A stretch of DNA of 64,000 nt, from sequence record OQ828465.1. One strand, written 5' to 3'. The stretch's first letter is position 1, and every line of letters starts with the position of its first letter. Made by a program: the position numbers and the translations under genes. Below the pieces are notes generated by a model. The model was not told the DNA's origin, did no database searches, and saw only the letters and a program-made list of their open reading frames with translations. This document shows, piece by piece, positions 54,799 through 63,021 of the stretch.

Positions 54799-55254
54799 AT
54801 GAAAAATGTAATTGCAGCAGCTTTCGCTGGTCTCATTGCCATTACCGGTATCATGTTCAATACCGCAATGGCTGAAATCAAGATTGGTAAAAAAGATGCT
54901 CAACTCACTGTGCAGTCGTGTGCAATGGTTGAAACCATTACTAAACAAGCTGTATTTCGAATGAGTGAAGGTCATAGCGCAGATGAAGTTGGTGTGCTTA
55001 TGCTCAACAACTCTGCTAAACTCAAAGATGAGTTGGATACCAATAATTGGATTGCGTTAACATTCGTATTCAATAGTCTTAATAAAATCAATAATGACCT
55101 TAACAGTAAAGAGATCCATGATTATATCCGTAGTCAAGGTTACAATGTGACTACTCCTAATCTGGCAGCTTTTATCAGCGGGTATTATGGCAATTACTGC
55201 ATGAAGCATATTGGTGAGAAATTCACTCACATGGTAATTGTTGAACTCATTTAA
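54799..55254 (+). CDS. Exported two-cysteine helical protein (family member)
   Basis: Signal peptide ending AMA; Cys41 and Cys134. Confidence 0.8.
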   Translation: MKNVIAAAFAGLIAITGIMFNTAMAEIKIGKKDAQLTVQSCAMVETITKQAVFRMSEGHSADEVGVLMLNNSAKLKDELDTNNWIALTFVFNSLNKINNDLNSKEIHDYIRSQGYNVTTPNLAAFISGYYGNYCMKHIGEKFTHMVIVELI

Positions 55255-55286
55255 TTCATATCGAATACTTTCAAAAGGAAAATAGG

Positions 55287-55664
55287 ATGAAATACGTCTT
55301 CTCGCTCATTATCACTATGGTAGCAATGTCGGTTAATGCACAACCCGTAACCGTGTCATCTTGCTACGTGCTGCACAGCTTGGCAAAGAATATGGTTCAA
55401 TTCTACACTAATGGCGGTGAGCCATTGGAGATGTATGCAATACTGCAAGATGAACTATCCATTGCCATAGATAAAAACCAGAGTGATAAGGCACTCGCTA
55501 TTAATATCGCATTGGATAATGTCGATGTAATATACCAAAATCTCACTGATCCCGCACTTAAGCTTTTGGCAAAGAGCGAGGGAAGTGATCTTGGTGAGAT
55601 GCTGACTGAAAAACTCAGTAATGGGTGTTTCAATATAGTCGGCGAGGAGTTGTATGATAACTAG
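55287..55664 (+). CDS. Exported two-cysteine helical protein (family member)
   Basis: Signal peptide ending VNA; Cys26 and Cys114. Confidence 0.8.
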   Translation: MKYVFSLIITMVAMSVNAQPVTVSSCYVLHSLAKNMVQFYTNGGEPLEMYAILQDELSIAIDKNQSDKALAINIALDNVDVIYQNLTDPALKLLAKSEGSDLGEMLTEKLSNGCFNIVGEELYDN

Positions 55665-55893
55665 AATCATCCTAATTGTTGCATGGGTATGGGTAATCTC
55701 TCTTATGGGAATGATTACGTATGTTCTTTATGATACGTATCAATTTCGTAAGAAATTAGAAATGCCTGTTGTAGAATGGGAAGATAAGGCGAAGGACACT
55801 CCTGTTAAGAAGTGTCCAGATGAAGTATTATTCGCTGAAGACCCAAAGGATGGCAAACTCAAAATGGGATGCCCTGAGAGTTATAAGAAATAA
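55654..55893 (+). CDS. Single-pass membrane protein
   Basis: TM IILIVAWVWVISLMGMITYVLY; two C-terminal Cys; GAGGAG SD. Confidence 0.75.
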   Translation: MITRIILIVAWVWVISLMGMITYVLYDTYQFRKKLEMPVVEWEDKAKDTPVKKCPDEVLFAEDPKDGKLKMGCPESYKK

Positions 55894-55895
55894 TT

Positions 55896-55919
55896 AGAGG
55901 ACCTTCGGGTCCTCTTTTT
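55896..55919 (+). terminator. Intrinsic terminator (UUCG loop)
   Basis: AGAGGACC-TTCG-GGTCCTCT-TTTT. Confidence 0.9.
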
Positions 55920-55975
55920 AACCGACTGGACGGTTAAAACTAGGTGGGATAAATTAAACTATTTGAGGAAATCTA

Positions 55976-56083
55976 ATGCAACTTAGTAATGAACTTTTCT
56001 ATGTGGGTATGGTAGCTGTATCAATGTCAATCGGTATGCTATTTAGCTATATTTACCACACTCATAAGAAAAAATATAAATAA
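55976..56083 (+). CDS. Small membrane protein, 35 aa ([35 protein letters not shown]), absent from the ORF track
   Basis: GAGGA SD; one TM helix and a basic tail; lies between two terminators. Confidence 0.65.
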   Translation: MQLSNELFYVGMVAVSMSIGMLFSYIYHTHKKKYK

Positions 56084-56092
56084 AGTCATAAA

Positions 56093-56117
56093 CCCTCTCC
56101 CAAAGGAGAGGGCTTTT
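56093..56117 (+). terminator. Intrinsic terminator
   Basis: CCCTCTCC-CAAA-GGAGAGGG-CTTTT. Confidence 0.85.
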
Positions 56118-56139
56118 ACATTAAATTTTTTTTGAAATC

Positions 56140-56147
56140 TATATTAC
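56140..56147 (+). promoter_or_regulatory. phiKZ-type early promoter
   Basis: TATATTAC; context nearly identical to 41027. Confidence 0.85.
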
Positions 56148-56186
56148 ACTAATACAACATTAAACTATTAAATAGGTAATTAAAAA

Positions 56187-56561
56187 ATGAATGAAAATAT
56201 TAAACGCTCATTTATTGGTATGCCACTGTCTATCAATATTGGTAAAGATATTGATTTATCAATGTATGAACGAATTGTATTTGTATCACAAGTAGATAAA
56301 AATGATATAAAATACTTTGTTTATAAATTAAATAAATCCAAATTTAAACATGAACCAAATGTAGTTAATTACGCCGAAACAGATAAGGATATTATTATTT
56401 ATCCCCCGCTTGATTTCATTCAGACAATTAATGAATATTATCGAGTATCATTGGAAAATGAATTTATGTGTCATCCTGTTATTCTAAAAGCAGATGATAG
56501 TAATAATCAAGAAGTATTTTTGAAAACTATTAAAATGGTACATGAGTATGTCGATGAATAA
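56187..56561 (+). CDS. Hypothetical early protein
   Basis: 124-aa ORF with AGGT SD. Confidence 0.8.
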   Translation: MNENIKRSFIGMPLSINIGKDIDLSMYERIVFVSQVDKNDIKYFVYKLNKSKFKHEPNVVNYAETDKDIIIYPPLDFIQTINEYYRVSLENEFMCHPVILKADDSNNQEVFLKTIKMVHEYVDE

Positions 56562-57009
56562 CTGCGCATTTATTAATTTAAGGCAACGTTTAGTTAATGA
56601 TAAACTAACCTATGTGATTCATCCCATAGTGAAGGTTTATGATTTCACTAGAAAGGCTATTAGACAATTAACTGATTTTGCTATTTTAGATAGTTATAAC
56701 TTCCCAGAGGAAACTTCCAATATTAGTGTTCAGCCAACTATCACAGATGATACTAATAATAGAAATTCTTTGATACATCTTGGGGTTATAGAAGAGCCTG
56801 ATTTTGGACCAACTAGATTATACGCCATCTTAGATAGAGAAATCAAAGATGATTCTAATCTAATTGAAACAACTGATGATGGCTGGTATACATTGGATGA
56901 GTTAATTCTAGTTGAAGACGATATGGATGAATTCGCGCGACTTATTGTTCAGTACTTGCGAACTATTCCGAGGAAGCCACAATGGTTAACTTCGACAAAA
57001 GATGTTTAG
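56542..57009 (+). CDS. Hypothetical protein
   Basis: 155-aa ORF. Confidence 0.75.
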   Translation: MSMSMNNCAFINLRQRLVNDKLTYVIHPIVKVYDFTRKAIRQLTDFAILDSYNFPEETSNISVQPTITDDTNNRNSLIHLGVIEEPDFGPTRLYAILDREIKDDSNLIETTDDGWYTLDELILVEDDMDEFARLIVQYLRTIPRKPQWLTSTKDV

Positions 57010-57212
57010 AAATAGAGCCTAATCAGTTAGGTTATGTATTTACAAAGATCGGTTGGGAAATATGTGTTACTATTGGCATACGACATATATGTGCTAAAAC
57101 CTATTATACAGTGTATTCACTTAATGATAAATGCATTTATTACATTGAGCATTCAGCGCAATTTACTAAACGCATAAAACCAAACTATATACAAAGGTTT
57201 CATGTTCTATGA
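56982..57212 (+). CDS. Small hypothetical protein
   Basis: 76-aa ORF with GAGGA SD; ATGA overlap with the next gene. Confidence 0.55.
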   Translation: MVNFDKRCLEIEPNQLGYVFTKIGWEICVTIGIRHICAKTYYTVYSLNDKCIYYIEHSAQFTKRIKPNYIQRFHVL

Positions 57213-57895
57213 TCAATACAACCGATAAAACTATAGTTGGTATAGGATTTGAAACAAAGGTTTCAGATTCACCGATTGAACAACCTGTAAAGAAAACTAA
57301 GACTCCTAAGATAAATAAACAAAAAGAATGGGAGAAAGTAGATGATCCGAGAGAATATACAAAAGAGGAACAAACTTCTCTCTTTGTAAATTGGCTTCAA
57401 AGCACACGTAATTACTGGCATAAACAGTATACCGATACTCAAAATACAGATAAGGCACTATCTATCAGAGATATGCTTGATGGATTTATATATAGCATCG
57501 CAGCTGGCCTAGATGGCAATGATCCAAATATACCCGGATTCAAACTTATACCTAATGTTACTCAAGAGGATATTGACTACCTAATAAGTATTGGTGAGAA
57601 TTATTGGCCAGTAAACCCAGTTGAAAATTTAAAAGATAATATCCGTGCAAAGTGTGATGCAGTTGATATTTCTGGTAATCTACGTTATCAAGTTTCTAAG
57701 ACATTTACGGAACCTTTCAAAGGACCACATGCACTATTGAACCATTTCCTTAGTTTAGCAGGTGAGAAACCTGTTAAGTATTACTCGGGTAATTTTACGC
57801 AAGAGCAACTTGCTATGTTAGTAGAAAAAGCTAAAGAAAAAGCGGAAAAGATACAATCACAAATAGCTGATGATATCAGTCGAATAATGCGTTAA
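57209..57895 (+). CDS. Hypothetical protein (tandem paralog of 57940..58314)
   Basis: 228-aa ORF. Confidence 0.8.
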   Translation: MINTTDKTIVGIGFETKVSDSPIEQPVKKTKTPKINKQKEWEKVDDPREYTKEEQTSLFVNWLQSTRNYWHKQYTDTQNTDKALSIRDMLDGFIYSIAAGLDGNDPNIPGFKLIPNVTQEDIDYLISIGENYWPVNPVENLKDNIRAKCDAVDISGNLRYQVSKTFTEPFKGPHALLNHFLSLAGEKPVKYYSGNFTQEQLAMLVEKAKEKAEKIQSQIADDISRIMR

Positions 57896-57939
57896 TGAAC
57901 TAATAAATTTATAAGCTACTGATAACAAGGTATGTAATT

Positions 57940-58314
57940 ATGATCTATTTTGAAGGCGATGGTAATGTTAAACCTGTAACACAGGAACAAGTTAAAGAAC
58001 TATTTATTAGTAGTGTTGTCAATATGCGTGATAATGCTATCAATAACTCTAAACTTGATCAATTTACAGAGCCAGCTGATCGGGACAGGGCTGTAGCAGA
58101 TAGTGTCATTACAGGCATGCTAGATATACTAGATGGCAATAATGACGATTGCCCAGCGTTTCATTTAATTCCAGCAGTTGGTGAGGAAGAATATTTAGCG
58201 GCTGTAGAAGCAGGTGCTGATTATATCCCTTATGATGATGGTAGTGATAATTATCAACCATTAGATTTAGCTGGTGAACTACGAGATTATTTTATCTTTG
58301 TTAATAGGGGTTAA
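57940..58314 (+). CDS. Hypothetical acidic protein (tandem paralog of 57209..57895)
   Basis: 124-aa ORF with AAGGT SD. Confidence 0.8.
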   Translation: MIYFEGDGNVKPVTQEQVKELFISSVVNMRDNAINNSKLDQFTEPADRDRAVADSVITGMLDILDGNNDDCPAFHLIPAVGEEEYLAAVEAGADYIPYDDGSDNYQPLDLAGELRDYFIFVNRG

Positions 58315-58316
58315 TA

Positions 58317-58751
58317 ATGGCTGATATAGTAATTGCACTAATCCTGTCAGCAATTATTGTTTATCTAATTAATATTTTTAAACACCCAAAAATAATTTAT
58401 GCCAATAGTGTAAATGATAATGTCTTCATTGTTACTGGTTGCTCTTATATATCTGAAAATAATGAAGATGGTACATTAACAACTTTTTCACCTAAATTAA
58501 ATAATAGGTTAATAATTGATTTAACTAAAGGTCAACCCAATAAAGACTTTTATATTTCAGTATTAGATAACACACTTAAATTCCATCACACTGTTGATGA
58601 AATCATCACAGCTAATAAATGGGAAGCTTTATTTAAAATTAGCATAACCAAAGAGGATGTGTGTATCTCAGGAATGTCTCTTAAAAATAAACACATTAAA
58701 TGTAATTTACACTGGGTTATAGTACCAGGTAAAATGGCGAATAAATTGTAA
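58317..58751 (+). CDS. Membrane-anchored hypothetical protein
   Basis: N-terminal TM IVIALILSAIIVYLINIF. Confidence 0.75.
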   Translation: MADIVIALILSAIIVYLINIFKHPKIIYANSVNDNVFIVTGCSYISENNEDGTLTTFSPKLNNRLIIDLTKGQPNKDFYISVLDNTLKFHHTVDEIITANKWEALFKISITKEDVCISGMSLKNKHIKCNLHWVIVPGKMANKL

Positions 58752-58764
58752 TAGTTATTATATT

Positions 58765-58787
58765 GCCCTCCCATTGCGGGAGGGCTT
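58765..58787 (+). terminator. Intrinsic terminator
   Basis: GCCCTCCC-ATTGC-GGGAGGGC-TT; nearly identical to the 20619 hairpin. Confidence 0.85.
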
Positions 58788-58824
58788 ATATTTTATTTTT
58801 TTGTATTTAAAGCATTTTAAACAG

Positions 58825-58832
58825 TATATTAC
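58825..58832 (+). promoter_or_regulatory. phiKZ-type early promoter
   Basis: TATATTAC-AAATGTGATA. Confidence 0.85.
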
Positions 58833-58875
58833 AAATGTGATAAAACTATCTAAATTTCAAATAGGTAAATCAATT

Positions 58876-59235
58876 ATGTTGGATTATGCTTTGGAAAAGT
58901 GTCGCGAGATCCCTTATGTAAAACATCGTCAACGTGTTTATTCAGTCATTACTGATAAGCGTGGCAGGATTATTAGTGAAAGCCAAAATATGTATGGTAA
59001 AACACATCCTGTTCAGAAACGTTATTCTCTAAAAGCAGGATTGTCTGATCTACGTTGTGAGATGCATAGTGAGTTGCGTTCTATCATCCTCTCCAAAGGA
59101 AAAGGATATAGGATCTATGTTGCGCGGGTCGGTGCTGATGGCAGGCCATTGGATGCGTATCCGTGCCCCACTTGTCAGATGGCAATTAATGACCATGGTA
59201 AATTAAAAGAGGTAATTGTATCTATTGGTAAATAA
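58876..59235 (+). CDS. Cytidine/deoxycytidylate deaminase-fold protein (ATG 58876; the track start lies inside a terminator)
   Basis: Zn-binding HSE and PCPTC motifs; AGGT SD. Confidence 0.8.
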   Translation: MLDYALEKCREIPYVKHRQRVYSVITDKRGRIISESQNMYGKTHPVQKRYSLKAGLSDLRCEMHSELRSIILSKGKGYRIYVARVGADGRPLDAYPCPTCQMAINDHGKLKEVIVSIGK

Positions 59236-59288
59236 TAAACCATCAAAACGCGTATTAAAATTTATTTAACTCACGGGGAACTGATACG

Positions 59289-59633
59289 ATGACTCTTGGT
59301 ATTTCAAAATCTCTTTTGGAAAATGCAATCAAAACTCTTCAAATAGAAACTGGCAATTGCTCTATTCCGACCAAAAATGAAATTCATGCAATGTTGGTTG
59401 AACGGCAAGCCAATGAAGTCTGTGCGGGTATTCGGAGAAAGATGCTTGAAGACCTACCTGGTTTCAACAACTTCCATTTTATTCGCAGTTATGAAATTGT
59501 TGTCGAACATAAGGATGAAATTGCTCCATCTGTAATGAAGGTTGTTAAAGCACGATTGCGTGAAGCGGGCTGGAGAAAAGTCGAGTTCGGTGAGCACGAT
59601 TGCGGTATTACAAAGATTAGGATTAAGCTATGA
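59289..59633 (+). CDS. Hypothetical protein
   Basis: 114-aa ORF with GGGGA SD. Confidence 0.8.
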   Translation: MTLGISKSLLENAIKTLQIETGNCSIPTKNEIHAMLVERQANEVCAGIRRKMLEDLPGFNNFHFIRSYEIVVEHKDEIAPSVMKVVKARLREAGWRKVEFGEHDCGITKIRIKL

Positions 59634-60052
59634 AAAATACACGCTTAGTTGAAGTTGCTGAACATGCATATTGCCTGATTGGTGGACTTCCTAAACCAGA
59701 AGAAATGGATGAAGCAGAAAAAGAGTATTGGGCATCTGTACCAAGTGAGGATATTAAATTAGCTTCATATTGGAAAATGGTTCAACCACCACTATATGCC
59801 CTAGTGATGAAATATAGTGGAATTGATTACGAAAGATTTTATCCTTATCCTGGTGGTCCTTCTCTTAACACTGACGAGCTAAAGACTTTCAGGCTCAATG
59901 ATATCGATGAAGGTGCGCTTATTTGGCGTGATGTCTGCATTACTTGGTATAAACGACCAGGACGGTGTATGTGTGTTTCACGCGACATCGCAGATGATGA
60001 ACTCGTGCAACTTGAACAGGAACTCATTAAAGCTATCGCAAAACCGAAATAA
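59630..60052 (+). CDS. Conserved phage hypothetical protein (WYKxxGR motif)
   Basis: 140-aa ORF with ATGA overlap. Confidence 0.8.
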   Translation: MKNTRLVEVAEHAYCLIGGLPKPEEMDEAEKEYWASVPSEDIKLASYWKMVQPPLYALVMKYSGIDYERFYPYPGGPSLNTDELKTFRLNDIDEGALIWRDVCITWYKRPGRCMCVSRDIADDELVQLEQELIKAIAKPK

Positions 60053-60103
60053 CTTATAAAAGAAGTTTAACAGATTTTTAATCCAACTAAAAGGAAATTG
60101 TAA

Positions 60104-60337
60104 ATGCAACATGTAACTGTAAAAACTATGAACTCTGGACTGAAAGTCATTGATCTGGATGGTATCCGACTCAAAGACAAAAATATTATCCAGCTACGTT
60201 CTATTATGAATCACGATGCAGCAAAGAAATCGTCAGCTTTTATGCATCACGATAGCCAGTTCAATAATGTACGTATTGAATTTTGGCGCGAACCATCAGC
60301 GCGAATTATCTCGCTGATTAAAGATGCGGTCGCATGA
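60104..60337 (+). CDS. Hypothetical protein
   Basis: 77-aa ORF with AAGGA SD. Confidence 0.8.
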   Translation: MQHVTVKTMNSGLKVIDLDGIRLKDKNIIQLRSIMNHDAAKKSSAFMHHDSQFNNVRIEFWREPSARIISLIKDAVA

Positions 60338-60364
60338 CCGCTTTCTTTTAAGAAGGTAACTAAT

Positions 60365-60643
60365 ATGTCTATCTCTGATGTAGTATATGAAGCCGCTGTC
60401 AAAAGTGGTGTTAGTCTTGAACACCTTGGTAAAGAAGAGCCTATTCTAAAAATTCGCTCTGTTAAAGAAAGTGATGGATGGGATATCATCCTCTATTATC
60501 CTGGTAAGATTACCAAGACTGTGAAACTACTATCAAGCGATGTAGCTGGGTCAGATGCATCAAAGTTTATTGAACATGTATTTGGAGATGTTCAATTTGC
60601 TAAAGAAGCAGTACGCAATGCTGAAGGCATTGTAATAAAATAA
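60365..60643 (+). CDS. Hypothetical protein
   Basis: 92-aa ORF with AAGGT SD. Confidence 0.8.
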   Translation: MSISDVVYEAAVKSGVSLEHLGKEEPILKIRSVKESDGWDIILYYPGKITKTVKLLSSDVAGSDASKFIEHVFGDVQFAKEAVRNAEGIVIK

Positions 60644-60669
60644 TCAATCTGGAAAAAAAGGAAATATAA

Positions 60670-61089
60670 ATGTATATTGATGAAAAGTACTGGGCTCATT
60701 CTGTAAAAGCTATGGATAACAAACATCCAGTTTTGATGAATGTGCATGGTCTTCATTGGTGTTCACCGTCTTTGGTTAATTGGAGCCTAACTGCCGTCAA
60801 ACGCGATGGATCACTTTCATCAAAAGAAGTGTTTGATATCACTAGCAAATATGCCAGCCATCTCATTGATCATGAAGTTAAAATCGTTAATGATCAATTG
60901 GTCTACCTGATCAAAAATAATCTGATTAGTGGCATTACTGAGCTTGATGATGGTTTCTTTGTATTTGCAAATATTGATGGCGAGTCATGGTCCATGCATG
61001 TTGTAATTGAATGCTTGATGGAACATGAAGAAAATTGGGAAAAACTCGCTGCCGTTAAGTGCAATGAGTTGACCATTTCTGCATTCTAA
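60670..61089 (+). CDS. Hypothetical protein
   Basis: 139-aa ORF with AAGGA SD. Confidence 0.8.
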   Translation: MYIDEKYWAHSVKAMDNKHPVLMNVHGLHWCSPSLVNWSLTAVKRDGSLSSKEVFDITSKYASHLIDHEVKIVNDQLVYLIKNNLISGITELDDGFFVFANIDGESWSMHVVIECLMEHEENWEKLAAVKCNELTISAF

Positions 61090-61103
61090 TTAATTATGAA
61101 AAT

Positions 61104-61130
61104 GGGGGTCTAAAGACCCCCTATCTATTT
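61104..61130 (+). terminator. Terminator-like hairpin
   Basis: GGGGGTC-TAAA-GACCCCC. Confidence 0.7.
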
Positions 61131-61167
61131 AATAGAATGAAACTAATCTTAATAATGGTGAATACTA

Positions 61168-61464
61168 ATGAATAAATATTACCATTTGAAGAAACAGAAG
61201 GATGCTACATGGACAATTGAATTTCTAGGAAAGATGCGTAATTTTAAATTCAACCATATAACTAAACAGAATAATAGCTGGGTTAGCATGGGTATTGAAG
61301 GTTATCCAGCACTTAAATTTAACTGTGATGGATTTGGTAGATTAGAAAGTATTCAACCCATTGATGATGATTTAACCATCGATGAAATATTTATTCCACG
61401 TAAACATTCTGTTTCACAGTGTATCGATATAACAACACTTTACATAGGTGGTCAATGTGACTGA
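61168..61464 (+). CDS. Hypothetical protein
   Basis: 98-aa ORF. Confidence 0.7.
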   Translation: MNKYYHLKKQKDATWTIEFLGKMRNFKFNHITKQNNSWVSMGIEGYPALKFNCDGFGRLESIQPIDDDLTIDEIFIPRKHSVSQCIDITTLYIGGQCD

Positions 61465-61894
61465 GATAATATTAGTTATTTTATCATTGTTTGTTCTTTC
61501 AGTCATAACCGGCTATTGTATAACCCGGTTAGAGAAAACCGAAGATATAGCCTATTATGTTAAATCAATTACGTATTACTTAGGTGAACCCGGTGATACA
61601 TTTTTTAATAGTGAACCCAAAGTAATACAGCTGGATAACCCTGTAAAACTAGTTTTCACTAATGAACCAGTTCAAATAAAAACACTTTATTTAGACCTAA
61701 ATAAGAAAGAATTATACCTTAATCATCCCGAACATGATTGTATTGTGATGCGTGTTATTTTCTTTTTAAATTATCATAACCAGAAAAAACTCATAGGTTA
61801 TTCAGATGAATACTATCATGACAATGAGTATGTTGATAGTGAGTTTGATATGACCATAAAGAAAATTAGCGTAGAATGCTATAAAGGTTTATAA
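61448..61894 (+). CDS. Membrane-anchored hypothetical protein (GTG start)
   Basis: N-terminal TM IILVILSLFVLSVITGYCI. Confidence 0.7.
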   Translation: MVNVTEIILVILSLFVLSVITGYCITRLEKTEDIAYYVKSITYYLGEPGDTFFNSEPKVIQLDNPVKLVFTNEPVQIKTLYLDLNKKELYLNHPEHDCIVMRVIFFLNYHNQKKLIGYSDEYYHDNEYVDSEFDMTIKKISVECYKGL

Positions 61895-61927
61895 TGGTCA
61901 ATTTTATAGACCGTCAATCAGGAGTTA

Positions 61928-62362
61928 ATGATGAGTGTTCTACAACCGCTAGGAAGTTTCCCAGTATATAAGAAAACTATTGGTGAAACTCGATTTCTAT
62001 TAGACCATGATGTTGCTATCAGTATGGTTACAACTGAGCAAGGTAGTTTTATGACAGCCCCACTGAAAACAGATGGGGTAGAGTTTAATCTATCTGAAGT
62101 CTTTGGTGATTACAAAAAATTTGATAATGTGATTGTAGATAAACTCTACTATCGTGATTTATCTGGTAAAATGCAGTCAAAGGTAGTGCCAACTATCCCT
62201 CAGCTTTATAAAGACATGGCTGTATTCAAAAGTGGTTATACCACTAAAATAAATAATCTCCGTTGGGGTTATTGTTTAACTATTAAAAATGATGGTACTG
62301 CAAAAATTTGGACAGATGACAATAGTCCTATTTGTGGTGTGTCAATTCGTTTCACAATGTAA
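61928..62362 (+). CDS. Hypothetical protein
   Basis: 144-aa ORF with AGGAG SD. Confidence 0.8.
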   Translation: MMSVLQPLGSFPVYKKTIGETRFLLDHDVAISMVTTEQGSFMTAPLKTDGVEFNLSEVFGDYKKFDNVIVDKLYYRDLSGKMQSKVVPTIPQLYKDMAVFKSGYTTKINNLRWGYCLTIKNDGTAKIWTDDNSPICGVSIRFTM

Positions 62363-62372
62363 CGTCATAATG

Positions 62373-62394
62373 GCCTCCCTTCGGGGAGGCTTTT
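62373..62394 (+). terminator. Intrinsic terminator (UUCG loop)
   Basis: GCCTCCC-TTCG-GGGAGGC-TTTT. Confidence 0.9.
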
Positions 62395-62424
62395 ATATCC
62401 TTTTATATAAACAGGTATATTCAA

Positions 62425-62727
62425 ATGAAAATGAATGATAAGGTAATCAAATCGACTCAGTATATGTTGGATAATACTGATAAATTCATAAGTGCTGTTT
62501 TCTCTGGTGAGGATCGATACATTGATGCATGCGCTGGTCTGGTTGCTGCACATGGGGATAAAACTGAACAGTATCGTTATATCTGGGAAGAAGCTGGATT
62601 GGACTTTAACAAAGCCCAAGTAATATATTTTCTAACGTACACCAAATTACTAGGTGATACTCCTAAACATATGTCATGCCAATGGGTTATCGATAACTAT
62701 AATAAATATAATAAACTATTACCTTAA
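62425..62727 (+). CDS. Hypothetical protein
   Basis: 100-aa ORF with AGGT SD. Confidence 0.8.
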   Translation: MKMNDKVIKSTQYMLDNTDKFISAVFSGEDRYIDACAGLVAAHGDKTEQYRYIWEEAGLDFNKAQVIYFLTYTKLLGDTPKHMSCQWVIDNYNKYNKLLP

Positions 62728-62812
62728 TACGGGGTAATAGTTTATTATAATAAAATTTAAAGTTATATAACAACCATGCCAAATAAAATAAATATTATCT
62801 GAGGTATCACAA

Positions 62813-62965
62813 ATGGAAGGAATGAAATATGTAGTATTGTTTTTAGTTATAGCGGTTTTAGGTAGTACGCTAATTGGTATTAATAAAATTATCAATATAG
62901 GTGATATCGATGGATACCGATCAGAAAAAGAAAGAATCACCGAAATTCAATCCTATCATAAATAG
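62813..62965 (+). CDS. Small membrane or exported protein, 50 aa (MEGMKYVVLFLVIAVLGSTLIGI...), absent from the ORF track
   Basis: GAGGT SD; N-terminal hydrophobic helix. Confidence 0.65.
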   Translation: MEGMKYVVLFLVIAVLGSTLIGINKIINIGDIDGYRSEKERITEIQSYHK

Positions 62966-63021
62966 CATCTTTAACAAGTCATGGCTGACTGAAGAGAAGA
63001 GTTGTAAAGAGGTAAAAAGAA

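Noticed and set aside
58774-58875. N-terminal extension of the deaminase ORF given by the track
   Set aside because: The TTG start lies inside the terminator hairpin, upstream of the promoter; ATG 58876 has an SD
11602-62394. CRISPR-like or REP-like array from the recurring CCTCCCTTCGGGGAGG motif
   Set aside because: The copies are dispersed kilobases apart at gene ends with U-tracts, so they are terminators and not regularly spaced repeats
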